20,698 nt of DNA from a bacterium (GTDB taxonomy: Bacteria > Sysuimicrobiota > Sysuimicrobiia > Sysuimicrobiales > Humicultoraceae), in assembly GCA_041497675.1 (NCBI GenBank), contig JBGQGY010000064.1:1-20698 (forward strand). The letters are read 5' to 3'. The notes below the pieces were generated by a model. It saw only the letters and a list, made by a program, of their open reading frames with translations, searched no databases and was not told the origin of the DNA. Below are positions 7,446-14,904 of this stretch, in pieces; position 1 is the first letter of the stretch; every line of letters begins with the position of its first letter. The position numbers and the translations under genes were made by a program.

Positions 7446-9760
7446 GCACCCCCCAACGCTGGATCGGTCATCCGCTGCGCAGGCTCGAAGACGGCCGCTT
7501 TCTCCGGGGACAGGCGCGCTACGTCGACGACATCGTCCTGCCCGGCATGCTCCACATGGTCATCGTGCGCAGCCCGCACGCGCACGCGCGTCTCGGCGAG
7601 ATCCGAACCGACGCCGTGCTGCGCGCGCCCGGCGTAGTCCGCGTCATCACCGGGCGCGACCTCGCAGGCCGGGTCCACCCGCTGCCGGTCGCGTCCCAGG
7701 AAGGCGTTCAGGTCGAGCGAAGCGCGGCGCACCCGATCCTGGCCGTTGACAAAGTGCGCTACGTGGGGCAATCGGTTGCGGCGATCGTCGCGGAGAGCGT
7801 GACGGCCGCGTTCGACGCGGCCGAATGGCTGGAGGTCGACTATGAGCCGCTCCCGGCGGTCGTCGACCCGCACCGCTCGCTGGAAGGCGGCGTGCTGCTC
7901 CACGAAGCGCTCGGCGGCAACGTCATCGCCCGCTGGAGCCGCACGGGTGGCGACGTCGAGCAGGCTTTTCGCGCAGCGGCGCGGATCGTGAAGGGTACCT
8001 TTCACATCCCGCGGCTGGCGGCCGCGCCCATCGAATCCCGGGCCGAACTGGCCTCGTACGATCCCGGCACCGATCTGTTGACCATCTACTCGTCGACGCA
8101 GGATCCGCACAGGCCCCGCGCCCAACTGGCGCGCGTGCTCGGCCGGCCCGATGATCGGGTGCGCATGATCGTGCCGGACGTGGGCGGGGCCTTTGGCGCC
8201 AAGGGCGCGGTGTCGACGGAGGCCGGGGTTGTGTCGATCGCGGCGATGGATCTCCGCCGGCCGGTCAAGTGGATCGAAACGCGTCGCGAGAACCTGGTGG
8301 CGATGTCGCAGGGTCGGGGTCTCGACGCCGATGTCGAGATGGCCGTCGATGCCGGCGGCCGCATCCTGGGCGTCCGGGGCCGCGTCATCGCCGACGTCGG
8401 CGCGTATCTGTTCCCCGCCACCGGCGGCCCGCTGGTGACCGCGTCAATGCTGTTCACCGGCACGTACGCGATTCCCGCGTCGCAGGTCGAGATGCTCGGG
8501 GTCGCGACGAACAAAGTGCCGACCGCTCCGTACCGGGGCGCCGGGCGGCCCGAGGCCACCTATGTGGTCGAGCGCATGATCGAACTCGTCGCGGCGGAAA
8601 CGGGCATCGACTCGATCGATTTGCGGCGCCGCCATTTCATCCCCCCCGACCAATTCCCGTACAAGACGCCGCTGGGATTTGTGTACGACTCGGGCAACTA
8701 CCGGCAGGCGCTCGACCGCGCCCTGGCCGCCTTCGAGTACGATCGGTGGCGCGACGAACAGCGTCGTGCGCGGGCGCAGGGCCGGTTGTTCGGCGTCGGG
8801 CTCGCCGTCTACGTCGAGCGGGCCGGCGGCCAGTTGTGGGAAAGCGCGGCTGTCGCCGTCGACCCCGGTGGCCGGGTGCTCGTCCGCCCCGGCTCGAACT
8901 CGCACGGGCAGGGACACGAAACCTCGTTCGCGCAGATCGCCGCCGACGCGCTCGGCGTCGATCCCCACACCGTGGTCGTCGAACACGGCGACTCGGCCAT
9001 CGTGCCGCGGGGGGTCGGGACGTTTGGTAGCCGGTCCACGACCATCGGCGGCTCGGCGCTGTGGGTGGCGCTTGGAAAGGTGCGCGAGAAGGCCGCGCGC
9101 ATCGCGGCCCACCTGCTGGAGGCATCGCCCGAGGACATCGAGTGGGGCACCGGGCAATTGCGCGTGCGCGGGACGGACCGCGCCGTGACCTGGCAACAGG
9201 TGACCGCGACGGCCTACGATCCCTCGAAGATCGGCCGCGACATCGAAATGGGGTTGAACGCGTCGGGCTATTTTGCACTGCCCAGCCCCGTCTTTCCGTT
9301 TGGCGTCTACTGCGCGGCGGTCGAGATCGACCGCGAGACGGGGCAATTGCGCATCCTCAAGTTCGTAGCGATCGATGACGCCGGTCGCATCGTCAACCCC
9401 TTGTTGGCCGAAGGCCAGGTTTTTGGTTCTACTGTTCAAGGGTTGGGCGAGTCACTCATGGAGGAAGTCATCTACGACGAGGACGGCCAGCCGCAGACCA
9501 CGACGTTCGCGGACTACGGCATCCCCCGCGCCCCGGATGTCCCTCCGTTGCACAGCGAGTTTCTGGAGACCCCGTCGCCCATCAATCCCTTGGGCGCGAA
9601 AGGCATCGGCGAGTCCGGCTGCATCGCCACACCGGCCACCATGGCCAACGCCGTCGCGGACGCGCTCGCCCCGCTGGGGATCCGCCACGTCGACGTCCCG
9701 TTCACGCCGGCGAAGCTGTGGCGGCTCATCAACGGCGCCGAGGCTCGGGGTCGGTCATGA
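7442..9760 (+). CDS. Xanthine dehydrogenase family molybdopterin-binding large subunit (CoxL/CutL form II-like)
   Basis: IG..LRRLEDGRFLRGQARYVDD, RSPHAHA, DVGGAFGAK, PYRGAGRPEA, SHGQGHET, GTFGSRS and NPLGAKGIGE (catalytic Glu). ATGA overlap with the upstream gene. Confidence 0.95.
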   Translation: MSTPQRWIGHPLRRLEDGRFLRGQARYVDDIVLPGMLHMVIVRSPHAHARLGEIRTDAVLRAPGVVRVITGRDLAGRVHPLPVASQEGVQVERSAAHPILAVDKVRYVGQSVAAIVAESVTAAFDAAEWLEVDYEPLPAVVDPHRSLEGGVLLHEALGGNVIARWSRTGGDVEQAFRAAARIVKGTFHIPRLAAAPIESRAELASYDPGTDLLTIYSSTQDPHRPRAQLARVLGRPDDRVRMIVPDVGGAFGAKGAVSTEAGVVSIAAMDLRRPVKWIETRRENLVAMSQGRGLDADVEMAVDAGGRILGVRGRVIADVGAYLFPATGGPLVTASMLFTGTYAIPASQVEMLGVATNKVPTAPYRGAGRPEATYVVERMIELVAAETGIDSIDLRRRHFIPPDQFPYKTPLGFVYDSGNYRQALDRALAAFEYDRWRDEQRRARAQGRLFGVGLAVYVERAGGQLWESAAVAVDPGGRVLVRPGSNSHGQGHETSFAQIAADALGVDPHTVVVEHGDSAIVPRGVGTFGSRSTTIGGSALWVALGKVREKAARIAAHLLEASPEDIEWGTGQLRVRGTDRAVTWQQVTATAYDPSKIGRDIEMGLNASGYFALPSPVFPFGVYCAAVEIDRETGQLRILKFVAIDDAGRIVNPLLAEGQVFGSTVQGLGESLMEEVIYDEDGQPQTTTFADYGIPRAPDVPPLHSEFLETPSPINPLGAKGIGESGCIATPATMANAVADALAPLGIRHVDVPFTPAKLWRLINGAEARGRS

Positions 9761-10896
9761 AGATCCACAACCTCCGCCTGATCAGCCGGACGCCATACGG
9801 TCCCACCGGCGCGGGGCAGGTGCTCGTCGAGAACGGCTTCGCCTACATCGCGCCGATGAAGGACGTCGGTACCACGATCGTCGACGTACGCAACCCAAAG
9901 GCACCAAATGTTGTCAGCCGGCTGGCCGTACCTGTGAATACACATTCGCATAAGGTCCAGGTCGCCGGCAACCTGATGATAGTTAACCACGAGCGTCTGC
10001 CCTCATATGCCGGCCCCGACTTCGGCGCGGGCGTCGGCATCTACGACGTCTCAGACCCCGCGGCGCCAAAAGCGATCTCGTTCTTTGCGACCGGCGGCAC
10101 CGGGGTACACCGCTTCTGGTTTGCCGACGGCCGGTACGCGCATCTCTCCGCGGGCGCCAACGGCTACAGCGACCAGATCTACCGCATCATCGATCTCGCG
10201 CGGCCCGACCGCCCCGAAGAAATCGGGCGCTGGTGGATCCCCGGCATGTGGACCGCCGGAGGCGAGCGCCCCGACTGGCCGTCGTCGTGGCGCGTGCGGG
10301 TTCACGGCGCGCCCTTCGTCGCCGGCAACCGCTGCTACACGGGCTGTGTCGACTGGGGCTGGGTCATCCTGGACATGACCTCGTGGGCGAAGCCCACGTT
10401 GATCACGAGGCACACCGTCTACCCGCCCTTTGGCGACATGCTGCACACGGCAATGCCGCTGCCGGGCCGCCGCCTGATCGTGACCACGCAGGAGGCGTTG
10501 CGAAACCTCGGCGCCGGCACCGAGCGCGAAAAGTACCTCTGGCTCATCGACGTCCGCGAGGAACGCAACCCGATCCCCGTCTCCGCGTTCCGTGTCGACC
10601 CCGACGGTCTGGCCGAACCGGACTCCCGATTCGGCCCGCACAATATCCACGAGAACCGGCCCGGCAGTCTTCAAAGCGAAGACCGCATCTATCTCACGTA
10701 TTTCGCCGGCGGGCTGCGCGTCGTCGACATCCGCGATGCGATGCGTCCTCGGGAGATCGCCTCGTACGTACCCGACGTCTCGAAGGGTGTGCCCCAATCC
10801 AACGATGTCTTCGTCGATGCCGGGGGATTGATCTACCTCGTCGATAGGTTTGAAGGCGTACTCGACATTCTCGAACACTCCGGAGGACCGCTATGA
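9757..10896 (+). CDS. LVIVD-repeat beta-propeller protein, function unknown
   Basis: Repeated GxxIxDVxxPxxP units (GTTIVDVRNPKAP, GVGIYDVSDPAAP, YRIIDLARPDRP, GWVILDMTSWAKP, GLRVVDIRDAMRP). ATG 9757 overlaps the upstream stop (ATGA). Confidence 0.85.
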   Translation: MKIHNLRLISRTPYGPTGAGQVLVENGFAYIAPMKDVGTTIVDVRNPKAPNVVSRLAVPVNTHSHKVQVAGNLMIVNHERLPSYAGPDFGAGVGIYDVSDPAAPKAISFFATGGTGVHRFWFADGRYAHLSAGANGYSDQIYRIIDLARPDRPEEIGRWWIPGMWTAGGERPDWPSSWRVRVHGAPFVAGNRCYTGCVDWGWVILDMTSWAKPTLITRHTVYPPFGDMLHTAMPLPGRRLIVTTQEALRNLGAGTEREKYLWLIDVREERNPIPVSAFRVDPDGLAEPDSRFGPHNIHENRPGSLQSEDRIYLTYFAGGLRVVDIRDAMRPREIASYVPDVSKGVPQSNDVFVDAGGLIYLVDRFEGVLDILEHSGGPL

Positions 10897-11624
10897 GGCA
10901 AGCACGCATCATTCTCGAGGGATCTGAAGTCGATGCGGTGATCGAAGGCGAGGACGTGATCGCACGTGACGGCCGCCGCGTCTCGCTGGAAGCGGTGCGG
11001 TTTGCGCCCCCGTGTCTGCCCACGAAGGTGGTCTGTGTGGGGCTGAACTACCGTGACCACGCCGCGGAGATGGGCATCGAGATCCCCAAGGACGCGCTGT
11101 TGTTCCTGAAGCCCCCCAGCGCCGTCATTGCCCACGATACGCCGATCCCGTATCCGTCCCATACGCAACGGTTGGAGTACGAAGCCGAACTCGCTGTCGT
11201 GATCGGCCGCACCGCCCGCAACGTCCCGCGGGCGCGCGCGCTCGAGCACGTGTGGGGGTATACAGCGTTCAACGACCTCACCGCGCGGGATGCGCAAAAG
11301 GTCGAGAGCCAGTGGGTACGCGCGAAGGCCTTCGACGCCTCAGCGCCGCTGGGGCCCTGGATCGTCACGGACTTCGATCCGGCCGGGCGTGATGTGATCG
11401 CGCGCGTGAACGGTCACGAGCGCCAGCACGGCAACACGCGCGACCTGATCTTCGACATCCCGACCATCATCGAAATCATCTCAGCGATCATGACGCTGGA
11501 ACGCGGCGACGTCATCGCCACCGGCACGCCGAAGGGCGTCGGACCGGTCATCCCCGGCGACGTGGTCGAGATCGAGATTGGTGGGATCGGAGTGCTGAGA
11601 AACCGCATCGCCGCCCGCACGTGA
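10893..11624 (+). CDS. Fumarylacetoacetate hydrolase (FAH) family protein
   Basis: KVVCVGLNYRDHAAE, FLKPPS, YEAELAVVIG, NDLTARD, WVRAKAFD and GDVIATGTP. GGAGG RBS and ATGA overlap. Confidence 0.95.
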   Translation: MRQARIILEGSEVDAVIEGEDVIARDGRRVSLEAVRFAPPCLPTKVVCVGLNYRDHAAEMGIEIPKDALLFLKPPSAVIAHDTPIPYPSHTQRLEYEAELAVVIGRTARNVPRARALEHVWGYTAFNDLTARDAQKVESQWVRAKAFDASAPLGPWIVTDFDPAGRDVIARVNGHERQHGNTRDLIFDIPTIIEIISAIMTLERGDVIATGTPKGVGPVIPGDVVEIEIGGIGVLRNRIAART

Positions 11625-11629
11625 CTGTG

Positions 11630-11998
11630 CTACGAGCTGGCCTTCGGGCCGTGCTTGGGTTTGGGCATCTCGGGGAACGCGATGAGCCCGCTCTGCCGCT
11701 TACCGGACGCCTGCTTCGTTTGCGGCACGCGTGGGTGGTTGGCGATGTTCATGTCGAGTTTCTTGCCGCACTCGCAGACCATCTTCAGCGTCTCCGACGC
11801 GTCGATCCAGATGTTACCCTGCGACTCGGCGTGCTTCCGCGCAACGTCGACGGCGCCCGCCGCCCGTTCGGCTGCATCCTCGGCCAGCCCCATCTCCCGT
11901 GTGCCGCTGCCCGAGAGTTCGTACATGAGCGCCTTCGGATAGTAGACGGTGTACCGCCGTCCGCATCCACCGCAGGGGAACGTAAAGATCAGCGCCAT
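11630..11998 (-). CDS. Hypothetical 122-aa protein with CxxC...CxC (putative Zn-ribbon)
   Basis: FPCGGCGRRY near the N-terminus and VCECGKKL centrally. GAGG RBS before the ATG, 10 bp downstream of the GNAT stop. Confidence 0.7.
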   Translation of the reverse strand: MALIFTFPCGGCGRRYTVYYPKALMYELSGSGTREMGLAEDAAERAAGAVDVARKHAESQGNIWIDASETLKMVCECGKKLDMNIANHPRVPQTKQASGKRQSGLIAFPEMPKPKHGPKASS

Positions 11999-12008
11999 AG
12001 TTACCTCA

Positions 12009-12506
12009 TTATATCAATTCCAGCACCATGAGGACTTCACGAAGGCTCGGATTCGATGGGAGCAGTTTAGTGTGCGCCGTGTCCATAAACCGTTTCCGTG
12101 TGTACAACGACCTCGCCGCCTGATTTGTCTCGGTCACCCAGAGCTGAACGCACTTGGCGCCACGTCCCCGCGCCCAGTCAATCACTGTTTCCACGAGCAT
12201 AGCCCCTACTCCCAAGCGCCAGCGCGATGGATCCACCCACAGCGAGACAAGTCGTACGATTTCGGAGTAATCCTTGTGGACAAACCCCCGCACCAACCCG
12301 AACCAATGTTCATCCTCTTCCGCGACGAAGATCGCCATCGTTTCTGAGGTTGCAGCTTCCTGAGCGTAGCGTGTCCAATGTTCGGATGGGAGTGCCTGCT
12401 CTTCTTCGAGCGAGGATCCAAACGCGCTTGGCGCATCCGCCAGCGCATTCAAGCGAATCGCCCGAAGTCGCGGCCCCTCGTCGGTCTTGATGCGCCTGAC
12501 GTTCAT
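12009..12506 (-). CDS. GNAT family N-acetyltransferase
   Basis: IRLNALADAPSAFGSS, SLWVDPSRWRLGVG (acetyl-CoA motif A) and LWVTETNQAARSLY. Likely ATG start at 12506, since the longer start at 12572 overlaps the upstream gene. Confidence 0.9.
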   Translation of the reverse strand: MNVRRIKTDEGPRLRAIRLNALADAPSAFGSSLEEEQALPSEHWTRYAQEAATSETMAIFVAEEDEHWFGLVRGFVHKDYSEIVRLVSLWVDPSRWRLGVGAMLVETVIDWARGRGAKCVQLWVTETNQAARSLYTRKRFMDTAHTKLLPSNPSLREVLMVLELI

Positions 12507-12526
12507 TTGACGCAGACCGCGGGATT

Positions 12527-13084
12527 TTACTCGGGCGTTGTTGCCGACATGAGTTTCGCGAGATCGTCCCATCCGTAGGCTAGCTCCTTAATCGTCACCC
12601 CGAAGATCTCGATGAGCTTCTCACGTAACACGCGTCCCCCGAGCATCTCGTAGAATCGGCGGCCGCCGACATTGTCTGCCAGCACCCAGAGCAGCATCGC
12701 CGTGTAGCCGGCCTGCACCAGCCCGTCGAGCGCGGCGTGCATCAGGCGGCGTCCCAGCCCGCGGCGCTGGTGTTCTTCGAGGATGTAGATCGCGTAGAGT
12801 TCCGATTTGTAGACCGGATCGCCGGACGTCTCGCGCCCCGCGCTCGAAAACCCCACGACCTGCCCCGTCTGATCCTGAGCGACAAAAATGAAGTGCCGCT
12901 GCTCGGGCAGGAGCGCCAGCACTTCGCTCCACCCGTGTTCCCGCCGATCGTACGAGAGCCCGGCCAGCCCCTCCGCCGGCAGGGTTCCGCGATATGTCGT
13001 CCGCCAGGCATCGACGTGCACCCTGGCGAGCGCGGGCGCGTCGTTGGCCCATGCCGGTCTGATCTTGATCGTCGGCTCATTCAT
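12527..13084 (-). CDS. GNAT family N-acetyltransferase
   Basis: IRPA..NDAPALARVHVDAWRTTYRG, AIYILEEHQRRGLG and LWVLADN..GRRFYE. ATG at 13084. The ORF-track extension to 13723 is an antisense shadow of the RraA gene. Confidence 0.92.
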   Translation of the reverse strand: MNEPTIKIRPAWANDAPALARVHVDAWRTTYRGTLPAEGLAGLSYDRREHGWSEVLALLPEQRHFIFVAQDQTGQVVGFSSAGRETSGDPVYKSELYAIYILEEHQRRGLGRRLMHAALDGLVQAGYTAMLLWVLADNVGGRRFYEMLGGRVLREKLIEIFGVTIKELAYGWDDLAKLMSATTPE

Positions 13085-13089
13085 ATGTT

Positions 13090-13109
13090 CCCGACAGGTA
13101 CCTTTCGGG
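13090..13109. promoter_or_regulatory. 20-bp near-perfect palindrome (candidate operator) in the divergent GNAT/RraA intergenic region
   Basis: CCCGACAGGT|ACCTTTCGGG: 9 of 10 positions are dyad-symmetric, and it lies 5 bp upstream of the GNAT start codon. Confidence 0.35.
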
Positions 13110-13168
13110 CAAGAGCGTATCCTCCCTGGTGCTCGAGGAAACACGCGTCCCGCCGAGGAGGAAACACC

Positions 13169-13864
13169 GTGCCGTTGTCGCCATCCCAAGTTGAATCTCT
13201 GAGGAAGATCTCGAGCCCTACGATCGCCAACGCTATCGAAACGTTCAAGGTCCGGCCGCGCGAGGCCGGCAACCTTTCGTCTGACATCCGGGGACTCTTC
13301 CCCGAGCTCGGGTCGATCGTCGGCTACGCGGCCACCGGGCTCATCCGCGCCGAGCATGGGCCCGCCGAGGGCCGGCGCGCCAGCACGTTCGCCTACTGGG
13401 ATTACGTCCTCTCGACGCCTGCCCCACGCGTGGTCGTGGTGCACGACCTGGACGACCCGCGCGGTCAGGGCGCGCAGTGGGGCGAAGTGCAGGCCAACAT
13501 CCACAAGGCGTTGGGCTGCGCCGGCGTCGTCACCGACGGGTCGGTGCGCGATCTCGGCGAGGTGCGCGCGCTGGGCTTCCAGTTCTGCGCCGCGCACGTC
13601 TCGGTCTCGCACGCGAACGTCCACCTGGTCGACTTTGGCATTCCGGTCAAAGTCGGCGGCGTGTGGATCCAACCCGGCGACCTGATCCATGCCGATCAAC
13701 ACGGCGTGGTGGTCATCCCCCACGAGATTGCCGGCAAGATCGCTGATGCGGCGGCGAAGATCGAAACCGACGAGCGGCGCATCATCGACACGTGCAAGGC
13801 GCCGGACTTCTCGGCTGAGAAGTTGAAGGCCGTGTACCGCGAAATCCGTCCGGGGATGTATTGA
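13169..13864 (+). CDS. RraA / HMG-CHA aldolase family protein
   Basis: SSPTIANAIE, IVGYAAT, AQWGEV, GVVTDGSVRD and IQPGDLIHADQHGVVVIP. GTG at 13169 with GAGGAGG RBS. Confidence 0.92.
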   Translation: MPLSPSQVESLRKISSPTIANAIETFKVRPREAGNLSSDIRGLFPELGSIVGYAATGLIRAEHGPAEGRRASTFAYWDYVLSTPAPRVVVVHDLDDPRGQGAQWGEVQANIHKALGCAGVVTDGSVRDLGEVRALGFQFCAAHVSVSHANVHLVDFGIPVKVGGVWIQPGDLIHADQHGVVVIPHEIAGKIADAAAKIETDERRIIDTCKAPDFSAEKLKAVYREIRPGMY

Positions 13865-14797
13865 TTACGCGTTCGACGGCGCAGACGATGCGGCCGCGCG
13901 AACCGCGGGAATCCACTCCGTTGCAATGCGCTCCATCATACGCCGGTCCCTGATCCACGAGTAGAGCGGATAGTCGGGATCGGGGTCGCGCAGCCAGAAG
14001 AGGATGAACTCGCTGAACCCCAACTCGCGGTAGCGCCCGATGAAGTCCTGGAACGCGCCGAGCGACGCGTACGGTTCGTCGCGTGTCTGCCCCATCATGA
14101 ACGAGCGCACGATCTCGCGGGGATCGCGCCCCCGCGCCCGGCAGAGCTCGTCGAGCATCGTCCCGCGTTCCCGCGTCACGTCGAGCGCCTCTTGCGGCGT
14201 CAGGTCCCGGCCGCCGTTGGTGTTCCACACGTCGCCGTATGCGGCCGTCACCCCAAGAAGCGCGGGGCTCTTCCCGCCAATCATGATCGGCGGCCGAGGC
14301 CGCTGCACCGGCGGCGGCTGCATCGAGGCGTCCTGGATCCGATAGTACCGCCCCGCAAACGTCGTGCGCCTCTGCCGCAACATTGCGTCGAGCACCGCCA
14401 CGTACTCACGAAACCGACGAAACCGCTCGGGCCGGCCCCAGGGCTCGACCCCTGTCATCGAATGATCCATCGGCGCCCCGCCGGCCCCGATGCCGAGGAT
14501 CAACCGGCCCTCCGACACGTGATCCACGGTGAGCGCCTGTCGTGCCAGCACCGCGGGGTTGCGCAACGTGATCGTCGTCACCAGCGTGCCGACGCGCACG
14601 CGCGGCACCCGCGCCGCGAGCGCTGAAAGGAGCGTCCAGCATTCGAACCACCGGTCGATCGGCCCGCGGGGGTTGACGAAGTGATCGGGCAGCCAGGCGC
14701 TGTCAAATCCCAGGGCCTCGATCAACCGCCAGCGCTCGACCATCGCGGGCCACGGAACGCTCTGCAGGGTGATGATGCCGAAGCGGAGTGGGAACAT
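13865..14797 (-). CDS. Luciferase-like monooxygenase (LLM) class flavin- or F420-dependent oxidoreductase
   Basis: EALGFDSAWLPDHF, LLSALAA..RVRVGTLVT, RNPAVLARQALTVDHVSEGRLILGIGAG and PVQRPRPPIMIGG. AAGGGG RBS. Confidence 0.94.
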   Translation of the reverse strand: MFPLRFGIITLQSVPWPAMVERWRLIEALGFDSAWLPDHFVNPRGPIDRWFECWTLLSALAARVPRVRVGTLVTTITLRNPAVLARQALTVDHVSEGRLILGIGAGGAPMDHSMTGVEPWGRPERFRRFREYVAVLDAMLRQRRTTFAGRYYRIQDASMQPPPVQRPRPPIMIGGKSPALLGVTAAYGDVWNTNGGRDLTPQEALDVTRERGTMLDELCRARGRDPREIVRSFMMGQTRDEPYASLGAFQDFIGRYRELGFSEFILFWLRDPDPDYPLYSWIRDRRMMERIATEWIPAVRAAASSAPSNA

Positions 14798-14904
14798 GGC
14801 GACCCCTTCGTGGGTTCGCGGTCCCCGCCCTGCTGTATGCCTGCCGCATTTGTGATACGCTTGAGAATAACTCGATAGAACGGCACGTGCGGGGGGCGAG
14901 GACG

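Noticed and set aside
7442..9760. Aerobic CO dehydrogenase (coxL form I)
   Set aside because: It lacks the AYxCSFR Cu-binding motif, and no coxMS or accessory genes are present.
2396..9760. Canonical nicotine degradation cluster
   Set aside because: Only the hydrolase and one molybdo subunit resemble it. No hydroxynicotine oxidase, dihydroxypyridine hydroxylase or S/M subunits are visible.
223..11368. Numerous 100-330 aa minus-strand and alternate-frame ORFs across the operon
   Set aside because: These are expected shadows in high-GC coding DNA. They carry no motifs and fully overlap well-supported genes.
11630..13084. GNAT toxin-antitoxin module
   Set aside because: There is no upstream RHH/DUF1778-type antitoxin, and both GNATs resemble ordinary small-molecule or protein acetyltransferases.
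12527..13864. Two long overlapping antisense ORFs (398 aa minus, 375 aa plus)
   Set aside because: Each is a real gene plus the stop-free antisense shadow of its divergent neighbour. True starts are at 13084 and 13169.
14851..14866. CRP/FNR-like site TGTGA-N6-TGAGA in the LLM/Pro-rich divergent spacer
   Set aside because: The second half-site matches only 3/5, too weak to support.
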